This document shows, in pieces, positions 1 to 18,274 of a stretch of 64,000 nt of DNA. The stretch's first letter is position 1, and each line of letters opens with the position of its first letter. The notes under the pieces are model-generated. The model made no database searches. It saw nothing but the letters and a program-made list of their open reading frames with translations, and was not told the origin of the DNA. This stretch comes from Chlorokybus atmophyticus (taxonomy: Eukaryota > Plantae > Mesostigma and Chlorokybus algae), in the NCBI GenBank assembly GCA_009103225.1, contig RHPI01003116.1, positions 124,001-188,000 on the forward strand, written 5' to 3'. The translations under genes were made by a program, and so were the position numbers.

Positions 1-153
1 GCCTTTGTTGCAAGTTGGTATCCATGTAGCTGATTTGTGTGCCGAAGGGTCCGCCACTCACATGCAGCTTGCGATGTGGTTGCTTGCGCTGTGTCCCAAC
101 ATGGCGGTTCAATGTCCCTCAACGCGACATCCAACAACACTTGTCTTGTGCAG

Positions 154-2817
154 CACTTGAACGTTTTGACAACAGAGCAGTTGGCACCTCAGCCGCCTCC
201 TCCACCTGCCCCGCATCATGATCCAGCTATTGTTGCAGTGCCGGTGAGTTGGTCATGCCGTGGGCAATGCAATCTTCAGTGGGCTTTTATTGTTCTTATG
301 CGTTGGGCATGTTATGCGTAAGCAGCAGGCCGCACCACCCGCGCAAGGAGCATACTATGGGCAGGGGCCCCCGCCACCTCCATCAGCCCAGCAGCAGGCT
401 GAAGTGCCGCGGCCTGGCGCCTACGGCATTCCTCCACCATATCCACCGCCGAATGCATACACACAAATGCCAAACTACTACTATGGCGGAGCACCGTACG
501 GGGGCTATCCTGCTGCCAATCAGATGGGCATGCCACCTCCTCCTCCACGACCCCAGGTGCTTCCTAAAGTAGTTTATCATGTGTTTATGTGGGCATGTAG
601 TGAGGGGAAGAAGCAACAATGTGGTACTTGGAGTTGCATATTGCATTACTGTGGATGCTTTTAGTCCTCAACTCTCTCTTGGATAATCAGTCCATGCTGA
701 GTTTTGGACTTCATGCAGCCGCCCAGTGCGTATCAACAGGCGCCTACTCCCTTGATACCACCAGTCCAGCCCATGCCAGCGCCAGCGCAGCCGGCCGCGC
801 CTTCTGCTCCGCCTGTGCCTGCTGCTGCCGCTCCAGCCAGGGAGATCGACGTGCCTGTCGCGGATAAGGTGCCTGCCGGGACAACAGCCGCCGCAGCCGC
901 TATACTCACACCGGCACCACCGACACCAATGCCAGTTGCACCTTCTCCAAAGGGCAATGCACCCACACTGAAGCAGGCTGATCAGGTATTCATAAAGTGA
1001 TGGAGTGTGTGTAGCCCCCTTGATCGTGACATCAGGCTACATGTTGATGTGGGTATTATGTGAGGTTCTTATGCTGCATCCCTGAATCGTGCTGCTCCCC
1101 GTGCATGCAATAGATAGGTAAAGTGGCAATTGCTAACGTCTAGCCCATTGCCAACATTTTCCGATTCTTTCAGGCGAATTCAACTGCACCAGAGTCTGGT
1201 GTGGCTCCAGCGAGTCAACCATTGGAGAGCCCAAAGCCAAATCAGACATGGCAGCAGCAGCAGCAACAGCAAAGGCCTCCTGCAGGTAAGCTGCATGTTA
1301 TGTCTGGTATGGTGAGATGCTCTTCGCTCTGGATGTTACCTGTCTGCGCAGTTGAACGTTGCGCACTTTTTAGCTTAAAAGTCCATGTTGCAGGCCGCGG
1401 TGGCAGGGGAGGTGCTGCTACAGGTCAGGGCAGGGGTGGAGGAGGTTCCATCCCCAAGAGCATGTGGCAACCTAGCTCAGGAGTTGCAAATAATGGTGAG
1501 TTGGTCATTGGGCATGAAACTGTAGTGTCATGTCATGTTGTGCATATGTGGGTCATGGCGCTGTGCCGTAGTGTTGCTTGTGTGCGTCTCATCGCACATC
1601 TGCAGGGGCACCACCAGCAGCACAGCAGCAGCAGCAGACCCAGCAGACCCAACAAATGGCTGCACCACCAATGCAGATGCAGTCACAGCAGTCGCAAGTG
1701 CAGCCGCTACAGGCGCCGTCACTGCAGCAGCCGGTGCCTTTGCACACTCCACTGCTGCACCAGCAGCCTCCTCCTCAATATCACCAGCAGTCCCCTCATC
1801 CGCACGATCATCAGTCGGGGCAAAACTGGCGGCGGGGTGGTGGCGGTCGGCGAGGTGGCGGCGGCATGCCAAGAAGCACAGGCCCGCCGCAAAAGTTCAC
1901 GGAGGAGTTTGACTTCGAATCGATGAACCAGAAGTTCAACAAGGAGCAGGTGGGTAGCGCTGGTTGGGCATGATGGTGTTTGTGCAGGTTGTACTCGCAA
2001 CAGCGGGCGACAACTTGTTTGTCTGTGTGGCAGGTTTATGGCGAGTTGCGCACGCCTGCTGCTCCTGGTGAAACGCCAGTTGCGCAAGAAAACTCGCAGC
2101 CTTCCGAAGCGGCCGCTGCACAGCTGGAGAAACTTGAGGTTAGTCGTAGTTGGCATTTGTGTGTGGACACAGAGCACCCAATCTATGACAGCTAGTTATG
2201 TGCCATAAGCCTTCCCTCGAAACATCTCGCTTTGCGTGCAGATTGCTCAGGATGAGTCGCACGATCCGGAGCCCAAAAAGGCCTCATATTCCAAAGACGA
2301 CTTCTTTGACATGCTTTCCTGCGACTCTGTCGACCGACGGTGCGTGCCTTTGTCCCATGCATCTGTTGCGCTACACGCTACCAACTTGATGCTCTGATCA
2401 ATGAATCTTGTGTGGTTTCATCAGCGGTGGGGGACAGCGAGAGAGCAGGCCCAGGTTTGCCGAACAGCGCAAGCTGGATTATGAGACCTTTGGCACAGTT
2501 GGCCGGTGAGCATTTCACAATCGTTGGATTATGCTGCGTGCTCGCATAAGCACACACACATGTGCGCATGCACGCGTGCACATCTCGGATGCGCATGAGC
2601 GCGTGAGATCGTACATGAGTAATCTGTATCACTTTGCAGGAGGCACAGCGGCCGCGGTGGGCGAGGAGGAGGCCGTGGTGGGAGGGGGAGCTATCATGGA
2701 GGCCCACGCGCAACGGGGCCGGGCAGTTACTTTCCCCCGCCGCCTCAGAACGCAGGCAGGGGTGGCAGCGGCGGCGGTCGGGGAGGTGGCGCTGCGCCCG
2801 AGCCCGTGCGCACTTAG
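154..2817 (+). CDS. LSM14: LSM14/Scd6/DCP5 mRNA-decapping activator; multi-exon, 5' end lies upstream of the window
   Basis: Exon 154-243 gives HLNV...HDPAIV, the end of the Lsm domain. Pro/Gln-rich exons follow. FDF motif KFTEEFDFESMNQKFNKE (~1890-1950), FFD box SYSKDDFFDMLSCDS (~2285-2330), TFG box FAEQRKLDYETFG (~2456-2495), RGG-rich last exon ending TAG at 2815-2817. TGTAA signals downstream (~2914, ~2975). Confidence 0.93.
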
Positions 2818-3343
2818 CTTAGGAGAGTTCAACACAGGCAGGCGAGCCATGTTGAAGCCATGCAGCTGTCACACATATGTGAAGCGTGGTGGACGTCTCC
2901 ACCAGCAATAGTTTGTAACATGTGTATGACGGTGTAGTATCTGAGCGTCGGCGTTGTTTTGCCTCAGTTGCCACATGTAAACTAGGCAGCCGGAAATGCC
3001 GGGGCTTGCCAGAGGGAGTACATAGCAGTATGGGCTGCGCGCGCTGACTTGAGAGCATCGGTCATAAACTGTTGAGAAGCGCAGCAACTCGGCTGTCGCA
3101 GTCTGTGATTATGTCTGAGCATTATCCTGCAACGCTCACACATGCCACTGTTGTGCGCGACCGCCGTCATGCGCGAGGGTTACTTACGCATTTCCACCAT
3201 GGATGGATACGTTTACCTTGTGTGCCGCAGCTTGGGCTATACTATCAGACATCTGCATGCCTGATAGTACACCAGAAATACCAAAAAAGATCGGATCTAA
3301 TGCATCTTTACAGCATTGCGCTGCTAGTGGTTTGTGATCCGGT

Positions 3344-5563
3344 ATGTGTCCTTGCTTATTCATACTAGAAAATGTACCACTATGGGCACCACAGACTTCA
3401 TGTCGCGACATAGCACACCCATCTTCTAAGTATTTGCCACACCTTCACAATTTCCGAGCGCAGTCGAGTGCCTTTGACATAGCCATTGAGCACGCATTTT
3501 GTGACCTTCTCAACTTGCAGGGGTTGGCAGTAGCAGATGTCGTGTGGGTGCGCATGCAGCTGTTGATACTAGTGTCGATTGGAGGCATGGGGCTGCGGCT
3601 GGCGGTCCTTGTAGCGCCAGCTGTATTACAACGCCGCTTCACTCCCGTGGCTGGCTCTATTCCCTTCGACGACCATTGATACCATGGCATCCGGCACCCT
3701 ACGCTTTCAGTCCAATCCGTTCAGCCCTGGACTTGCTTTCGACTCAGTGCAGCACACCATCCCGCCGTTCTCGGCACTGGCGCACGTGCAATCACGGTCT
3801 TCAGCAGGACATCACAGAGGCGTTGGACGGGCTTACTCGTGTGTCTTTGGTGACTAGGGCTGCTGTGCACGATGTCGCCCGTCTCCAGTGGGCATCGGGG
3901 TTGGGAGCAATTGCGTGGTTGCTGGCAGTCGGGCCGCCCGAGGGGGTTTTCACTGCTAACCATCTTGCAAGTCCTGCGCGCGCGCGGACGAGGCGGACCC
4001 CGTTGTGTCGTGTTGAGTCCGCGAGGAGTCCACCAGAATTGTGGCCTGTCAAGTCCGAGTGGTTCTCGTTTTGTCGTGCAAGGCAGTGAGGTGAGTCGCC
4101 GAATTGTTTGCTGACCCAACCGGCCTGCTAAGTCGCGGGCTCGGTTGCGAGTCTTGCAATGTCGGTGATGTTCCTCGAAAGTCCGCATGCTGCCGACGGA
4201 AGTCGGCAGCGCGGCATTTATCACGATAATATCTGTTCTACGATTATATCGCGGCAAGTCCACACGGACCCTGTTGGACCCTTTTGCCAGACCAGGCCAG
4301 GGCGCCTGGCGGCCTGACGGCCTGGTAGCTAGTTCTCCCAAACGGCGCCACCAGAGCCGGCGCTGACTGGCTGGTCAGCTCCAGCGCCGCCCATATACGC
4401 TAATCAACTTATTTTAACGTTGCCGCCGCCACTCCCTGCAACACCCAATGACGCCCAGCATGAGCAGGCGGTGGCCCAGCGCCTCCGAGCAGATCCGCGT
4501 GGACACCCCACGCACCGGCTGGGCTAGCAGCGCCGATAAATCGCGTGGTTACCATCGGATATTTGTAATAAAGTGCATTCACACTCAATTTCACCGAGCC
4601 AAATTCCGCACCATTTCGCAAGGACCGCTTCGACATCCGCCGACACGCCAAGTCCGGTCGCGTCACGTCTTAGCGGAATTGCGCATTTAGCGCCGCCGGT
4701 GGACCGGCCAATCCACACGACATGACAAGCCCAAACACTGCGACTCAGAGGGAACCCCTCGGACCCACGCCCTTTCGCACGATATCGACACGACCGTTTT
4801 TGCAAGATGAAACCCCTCCGGCGGTCCGACTGCTGGCGCTGCCGTTGTATCCTGCTTGGGCTTGTCCAGCCATGTCTTTTGTACGGCGGTGCGCTTGTTG
4901 CTGGGCCTACCTCACCCTATAGCTATGCTAGCTCATGTACGGCACTGCGCCTGGGGTACGGCACTGGCATACACATCTTGCGATGTGGTCCTCAGCGCAG
5001 CGCAGCGCACGACGCCCTGCGTGACGAGGTGTATCATGTTTTACGGGAGGCGGGGTACTCGGTCAGCATAAAGCGCTCTGGTTTCATGCCGATCCTGCCC
5101 GCAGAGGTGCCGAGACGTCGATTGGACCTGGTGGCTACGGGGCCAGGCCACGACCGTCGCCTACTACCGGACACCACTGTGACCACATGACCACATGCAG
5201 CGCTCAGCCAGGAGAAGGAGCGCGCGCAGTGGAATTGGCGAAGTGTCGGAAGTACGGCAACCACGCGGCGGGAGACAAGTTCATTCCTTTGGCAGCGGAG
5301 ACGTTCAGCACCCTAGGAGCTTCTTTCCACGAGCTAATTACTGACTTCGCGCGCCGTGTAGTCAGCATCGGGGTTTGCATACGACACGTATTACCGGGTT
5401 CGTGTCCATGTACCGGCAGCGGATTGCTTGTGCACTACAGCGAGCTCAGGGCATGGCTGTGTTGGAAACTGCGACAACGGCCGTGTGTACAGCTCGGGGT
5501 TGCCCGCCACTGAAACCTGCTCCTATGGTAACCCCGTCTGACGTGGCAGTGCTCTTGACGTGA
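3344..5563 (+). mobile_element. Decayed 3' part of a CRE-like non-LTR retrotransposon (end of RT domain, CCHC knuckle, restriction-like endonuclease)
   Basis: Frameshifted fragments: FDIAIEHAF..SIGGMGLRLA (RT C-terminus); AWLLALP..VFCTAVRLLLGLPHP; C..GIHILRCG..AHDALRDEV (zinc knuckle); RRLDLV..DTTVT..ELAKCRKY..KFIPLAAETF..IACALQRAQG (PD-(D/E)xK RLE). Interrupted by the TIR element at 3926-4832. Confidence 0.8.
3926..4832. mobile_element. Non-autonomous TIR DNA element nested in the retrotransposon
   Basis: Left end CAGTCGGGCCGCCCGAGGGGGTTTTCA..CATCTTGCAA (3926) is an imperfect inverted repeat of the right end TTGCAAGATGAAACCCCTCCGGCGGTCCGACTG (ends 4832). GCTGGC is repeated directly at 3921-3926 and 4832-4837. 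Removing the element plus one copy restores TGG TTG CTG GCG CTG CCG (WLLALP). Confidence 0.85.
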
Positions 5564-6395
5564 GGTGTACGCGGCTGATGCGCGCTAGCTTCATGGTTGT
5601 ACTGTCATGTGTCTTCGCGTTATGATTGTTTTGGATTTGCGTTGTTGTGTTAGCGTTATGACTTTGACACTTAGACCTTGTGACCGATTGACATAACATA
5701 TAGAGAGAGACAATTCACATGAGAGTGCCATGGGCAATGGAGGCCACATCCTATCCAGCAAGGCCGGCATGATCGCGAAACATGGGTTCTGGAAGTGCAT
5801 GCCAACAGTGCAAGACCGCAGTGACCTGTGTGCGCGCTAGGCTGCAACCGATATGTGCTACCGATATGCACTGACCAAAGTAAGTGTGAAACAAGCACCA
5901 TCAGCTCGAATTTCAACCTGCTTGAACAGCGTGTTGTGCGTAATCTGGAGTTCTCCGTCAAAGGCTCCCAACCAACTACATGTCTTCATGGCCAGGCACA
6001 GAGTTGTGTGGGTGAAATCAGCAAAGTCCCTACCCACTTGATGATGTTGGATACATGGTGATAGCAATGGTTGAGGTAGCTGAACGTCCCGGGGTGTGCA
6101 TGAGTGGCAGATAGTGATGCAAGTGCGCATGACTGCTGCTTGCTTGTGCGTGCTAGCTGGCTGGCACGTGCATGTTGCATCCTTTGTACAAACTCACAGC
6201 ATCAAGGGTGGCATAATCTAAAGCTACAAGTGAATCCATGTGGTTCTCGTTCATGCTCGTTCTTGTTCCAAATATGCTTTACAAACAATATGTAAGTTGG
6301 TGCCACACTTATCCATGCACCCGGAATAGTGATGGTTATCCAGATGCATGAACTGGTGCGAGTTGACTCGTCTCACAGCTGCCTACTATCACTAC

Positions 6396-8505
6396 CTACT
6401 TCTTGGCACCGGCCTGCGCGGGTGCAAGGAACTGTTCCAGCTGCTGCTTGAGCTGCTTGTTGGCGCGCGTGAGGTAAGCCACCTCGTCCGCATGCTGCAA
6501 TTGGAAATATTGTATGCTGGTAATAGCAACAACAGTGGTGCCAATGATAACGACAATGACGGTGATGAAGGCAACATTGGCGATGATGTGTACCTTCTTG
6601 TCGTCAAGTGCGCGTCGTTCGGCTTCCCGCCTCTCGACAGCCTCGCACTTGGCTCGCCACTCGGCAGCCTGTTGATACTCGGATTGTCAAACACAACAGC
6701 AATGATAATAACAACAACCAAAGGTCATGTACTTATTGTCAAGCTGCGTACAACAACATCATTCATAGCAACTAACAATAACAACAACAACAATGCGTGT
6801 GTACGGATTGTGCTGACATGCCTTGGCAACATGAGTGACGGAGTGCGTGCCAATGACCATGCGCACATGCACGTGCATCACAACAACAGCAACAGCAACA
6901 ACAACAAGAGCATCGTCTGACCTGGCGTTCGGCCTCTTTGGCTTCGTGCTCCTTCTGGGCGAGGCGGGTCTCGAGGTCAGAGCGTCCCGCGTCCGCCGCC
7001 AAAGCCTTGCGCATCCCAAACGCCACTGAAGATTCGTATAGCGTCTGGTACGCCGCTATCGTCTGCACAACGCAATGTGTGTATGTGTCAAAGTTTTGTT
7101 GCGTAAACATACCACAACAACACACAATGCCATGCAATGCAGTGGAACGGAACACCAACTACACAGCGCATCACAACATGACACAACACACTCCAAAAGC
7201 AATATGGCACAAGCCAACATGCACATGTTCGTGCGTGGACATACCATCCGCATCTCATCGCGCACGCGCAGGAGCAACAGCCCCCTCTCCGCGCAGTTGA
7301 TTGTGACCTGTAGCCAACCCAACATAACAGGTTACAACAATGTGTTGCATGCGGCACGCTTACTGGCGCTACTACTGGTACTACTGGTATGACTGCTAGT
7401 TCTGGTACTGAGACTGGTACCATCACTGGTCAAGGCACTACTGGCACTGAGACCAAGTCCGGCACTGCTTTTGGTACTGATACTGATAGTGGTATTGGTA
7501 CTGATACTGGCACTGATATCTCCTACGACTGGTATTCAATATTGGTGTGTGCTCCACTCTTTGATGCTCTTACTTGTCGGATGAGTTCGTCAAATGTCTG
7601 AGCGTAAAGCTCCTCGCGCACGGGGCAGATCCCCGTCTCGCGCGCCTGCCTCTGCGCCAGCTGCTGGTCCAACCTCTCCTGCATTGTGTGTATGTTTGCA
7701 TAGGTTCAGTATGCACACATATGCACATGCACATGCACAGACGAACGTTGAGTAAATTCTTTTGTGATAAAAGCCGCTAGAAGATAGACTCGTCACCAGA
7801 TTGCATGCATGTTGTGTGCCATGTTGTACACATGTTGTACACGTTGTGTGTTGCTCATGTTGTGTGCTGGATATGACTCATATTTACATATACACACAAG
7901 CGCATGTACGCGTGTACAACACATCGGAGGACCAAAGCACATGATTGTATGTGACCACACATGCACTCAAGAAGGCCTAATTTATCTGAGCACACGATAT
8001 AAGCCCATGTGCCTACAAGTGTGCATGCCAAATGATTAAGGCAAAGGATATGGAAAGCCCTCGCGCAATGTTAACATAGAAGGTGCTCCATCCAACACAT
8101 TGCTGTTACCTGCAGGGTGATGACGTCAAGGCGCGTGGCTGGCGTGGACGACACATACTGAACCCACAGCTGGCCATCTTCCGTCCACTCGCGGGGCGGC
8201 AGGATCGAGTTCAATATGTCCTCAGTCTGTGACACACACACACATAATGAGGACAAAAACGATACAACAACAAGTTGTGTTCAACTCATTACCTGTGCGA
8301 GTGGTCCTGATTTCGCTCCTTCCACCGGCGGCAATTGCTTCCCTCCTTTGACAAGTGTTTTCCCTGCTGTGCCTTTGCCAAACACGTTGTTGCCATTGCC
8401 ATTGCCGTTAATCCCCTTCCCGCCCCCGGCCTTGTCGGTCCCCTTGGTCGTGGACACCAGCACCGCGTTGTCGTAGCGAACCAGAGAACCCAATGGAGGA
8501 ATCAT
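6396..8505 (-). CDS. DNALI1: Axonemal inner-arm dynein light intermediate chain p28 (IDA4/DII1)
   Basis: Exon 8505-8293 MIPPLGSLVRYDNAVLVST..; 8226-8110 TEDILNSILPPREWTEDGQLWVQYVSSTPATRLDVITLQ; ~7679-7575 ERLDQQLAQRQARETGICPVREELYAQTFDELIRQ; ~7310-7250 VTINCAERGLLLLRVRDEMRM; ~7062-6922 TIAAYQTLYESSVAFGMRKAL; ~6669-6594; last exon HADEVAYL..AKK with TAG at 6396-6398. Nearly identical to the recalled Chlamydomonas p28. Confidence 0.97.
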
Positions 8506-8537
8506 GGCTTCTGCAAGAGAGGTGTGGGTGGGTGGGT

Positions 8538-10191
8538 GGCCCAGGTTTGCCGAACAGCGCAAGCTGGATTATGAGACCTTTGGCACAGTTGGCCGGTGAG
8601 CATTTCACAATCGTTGGATTATGCTGCGTGCTCGCATAAGCACACACACATGTGCGCATGCACGCGTGCACATCTCGGATGCGCATGAGCGCGTGAGATC
8701 GTACATGAGTAATCTGTATCACTTTGCAGGAGGCACAGCGGCCGCGGTGGGCGAGGAGGAGGCCGTGGTGGGAGGGGGAGCTATCATGGAGGCCCACGCG
8801 CAACGGGGCCGGGCAGTTACTTTCCCCCGCCGCCTCAGAACGCAGGCAGGGGTGGCAGCGGCGGCGGTCGGGGAGGTGGCGCTGCGCCCGAGCCCGTGCG
8901 CACTTAGCTTAGGAGAGTTCAACACAGGCAGGCGAGCCATGTTGAAGCCATGCAGCTGTCACACATATGTGAAGCGTGGTGGACGTCTCCACCAGCAATA
9001 GTTTGTAACATGTGTATGACGGTGTAGTATCTGAGCGTCGGCGTTGTTTTGCCTCAGTTGCCACATGTAAACTAGGCAGCCGGAAATGCCGGGGCTTGCC
9101 AGAGGGAGTACATAGCAGTATGGGCTGCGCGCGCTGACTTGAGAGCATCGGTCATAAACTGTTGAGAAGCGCAGCAACTCGGCTGTCGCAGTCTGTGATT
9201 ATGTCTGAGCATTATCCTGCAACGCTCACACATGCCACTGTTGTGCGCGACCGCCGTCATGCGCGAGGGTTACTTACGCATTTCCACCATGGATGGATAC
9301 GTTTACCTTGTGTGCCGCAGCTTGGGCTATACTATCAGACATCTGCATGCCTGATAGTACACCAGAAATACCAAAAAAGATCGGATCTAATGCATCTTTA
9401 CAGCATTGCGCTGCTAGTGGTTTGTGATCCGGTATGTGTCCTTGCTTATTCATACTAGAAAATGTACCACTATGGGCACCACAGACTTCATGTCGCGACA
9501 TAGCACACCCATCTTCTAAGTATTTGCCACACCTTCACAATTTCCGAGCGCAGTCGAGTGCCTTTGACATAGCCATTGAGCACGCATTTTGTGACCTTCT
9601 CAACTTGCAGGGGTTGGCAGTAGCAGATGTCGTGTGGGTGCGCATGCAGCTGTTGATACTAGTGTCGATTGGAGGCATGGGGCTGCGGCTGGCGGTCCTT
9701 GTAGCGCCAGCTGTATTACAACGCCGCTTCACTCCCGTGGCTGGCTCTATTCCCTTCGACGACCATTGATACCATGGCATCCGGCACCCTACGCTTTCAG
9801 TCCAATCCGTTCAGCCCTGGACTTGCTTTCGACTCAGTGCAGCACACCATCCCGCCGTTCTCGGCACTGGCGCACGTGCAATCACGGTCTTCAGCAGGAC
9901 ATCACAGAGGCGTTGGACGGGCTTACTCGTGTGTCTTTGGTGACTAGGGCTGCTGTGCACGATGTCGCCCGTCTCCAGTGGGCATCGGGGTTGGGAGCAA
10001 TTGCGTGGTTGCTGGCAGTCGGGCCGCCCGAGGGGGTTTTCACTGCTAACCATCTTGCAAGTCCTGCGCGCGCGCGGACGAGGCGGACCCCGTTGTGTCG
10101 TGTTGAGTCCGCGAGGAGTCCACCAGAATTGTGGCCTGTCAAGTCCGAGTGGTTCTCGTTTTGTCGTGCAAGGCAGTGAGGTGAGTCGCCG
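8538..10191 (+). repeat. Apparently exact 1.65 kb duplicate of 2448-4101 (offset 6090), inside the p28 5'-UTR intron
   Basis: Line-by-line identity with 2451-4101 (last two LSM14 exons, 3' UTR, retroelement fragment, left TIR). It ends exactly at the single N at 10192. Confidence 0.95.
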
Positions 10192-10293
10192 NCTTGGCTG
10201 TGCAGATGATAGAAACCACCTCAATCAACGTGGCAAGCGAAACCCGTACAGGAGGTGAAACCCTTCGTAATTGTGTTGATTAGATAATCATAC

Positions 10294-10505
10294 CTTGCCT
10301 GTTCCAAGCGGGCAACAAGACAAGCGCACTCTCTCTCACGCCATCACCAGGTCAGGACGCCAGCGCCCGGTGGCAATCGCCTTGTCCACAATCAGGGACT
10401 CTAGCTACCAAACAGTTATCAGGACCAAGATGCGGCTAATAACGCTGACACAGACACCGACAACGCCACCGCTGTCGCCGCCGCTGGCCGTTAGGGTTAG
10501 GGTTT
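10294..10505 (-). promoter_or_regulatory. Probable non-coding first exon and promoter of p28, with a telo-box-like AAACCCTAACCCTAA
   Basis: Minus-strand donor GGCAAG|GTATGA at 10294/10293 and acceptor TCTCTTGCAG just before the AAGCC-ATG at 8505. TTAGGGTTAGGGTTT at 10491-10505. Confidence 0.55.
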
Positions 10506-12447
10506 GTTGTGAGTGCTCAGCTAATTTTGGCGGGGGTCACGTGAGAAGTCACGCCGACCGTCGGTGCAGGCCAGCGTGACGCGTTGCGCTATGCATGCAC
10601 TCTTCGTAAAATAACTCACTCGGCGAGGGCACTTTACTAACTTCCCGGCGGCCAGGGTTATGCATCCATTCCAATGCCTTTTAGACTGGAGCATAGGTTA
10701 GCGAGATGCTGACGACAAACAAACCAAACATTTGTATGGCGCCTTTTACGAAGATTTTATGGCTACGGTACGTTCATGTCCTTACACCTAGCGCTAGGGC
10801 AACCCAATGTCAATGTGTGCCAACATCAGATGAAGTGTCAATGGTATTACGTGTAAACTTGATGAACTAGGGGTGCGGCTGTTTGGTCGGGCCGGCCGGC
10901 ATTCAACCTACATCACATCCCGCGCTATCACACGGCACCCGCGACTACCGGGCTGCGCGGCAGTATGTGCGGCTCGCCTGCTCATTGGCTAGGCGGCGAG
11001 TACGCGTTACACCGTTAGATCTGCCAAACAATTGTGGCCGTCCAAAGCACATCCGATCGTATACACGCAGGCCAATAAATGTAAAATTAAGCACAGTTCT
11101 GCATACGTGGCCGCTTCTGGTTGCATATTGATCATTTGTATGTGTTACAGTAATAATATTAATAGATATGGAGATGCATCAATACATGTTGATATCTCTG
11201 ATGTGTTGCAAACTGAAGCACATATGTTGCAATATGGTGCAATATGACTAGCAACCTGCAATTAAGTGTTACAAAATCAATACTTAAATGTAACGTTCAC
11301 GCCATGGTACGTGCTAAGATATCTAGTAAGTAATGCCAAGGTTACAACCATCAAAAAATGCTAACCAAAATTACCTTAACGTTAAGATTCAATTAAAATT
11401 AAACAAAAAATTGCATTTAACGATGCAATTGTTTAGGTCACCATTTGGTCACGCATGAATTTGATTAAATGGGATCGCAACGGTGACAACAGCCGTTGCG
11501 GCAAAAGGCAGCGAATTGGCGAATCATTGCAGAGATGCATAAAAGATGCTGAAAACTATCTCGGCGGCAACTGCTTGCCAACGGCGACCAAAAATCGCTA
11601 GCGATTTCGTGCAATTGCAGCACAGTTAGTGGTTGAATCGGCCGCGTTTTTTGCGGTACGAGGTCGGGGCATGCCCCATACCCCAAAGACATGCCGCCAC
11701 TACTCACCCTCGTTTAATTAATCCAATCTACCATGTAACACTAATTGATTACACGCTATAGTTATTGCGTCATCTAATATGGTCAACAGCCGAACGAAAT
11801 TGATCATGACTAAGATAAATGCGCTCTATGAGTCATAGAGCTCGTCATAGACTATGACGGAACTTCACAACGTATTATCTGCGCATGATAGGAGTATCAT
11901 GCCCGGCGTCATGACATGCGCAATTGATAAGTTCGTCATACCATTGACTTAGCAGTCATCGCGGTTCGTTACACCAACAACTGTAGCAGCAGATTGGCAT
12001 GACATTTTGCCGTGCCTGCAAGATGTGTCTCGCAGTGAGGGTGAGTACATCCAAGCACGCGAGTGTGAGGGCTTGTAGTGCTGCAGGGTAGCGTGTAGGA
12101 TTCGCAGCAGCGTAAAGGTAGCTGCATGCAGGGTCAACGCGGAGTCCCTGGAGGAGCTTACGGCGTGCGAGGAAGTCAAGCGGAGGGAAAACAATCCGGG
12201 TCATCCCCTAGACTGCCTAGTAGACGTTAGTCAATGCGGGATCGTTCACTGCCTTGATGTTGTGCTGCTTCTCTCCTTCTTGCTCCCAGATTAGTTCAGT
12301 TGAGCTTGGTTGCAACGCCCTAAGCGCCTTGGGCAAGATTCCTCTCGCTCGCAGCGTTGTTGCTGGTGGTGGTCTTCACCCCATTGTGGCGCTCATCATC
12401 ATCCAGGGCAACACAGCAGCAGCAGGCGGCGACCTTCTTTTCGCCGT

Positions 12448-18274
<5,827 letters not shown>

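Noticed and set aside
3721-4666. Minus-strand ORFs (206 and 85 aa) as a transposase of the TIR element
   Set aside because: No DDE or other transposase motif recognised, and the longer ORF extends beyond the element boundary.
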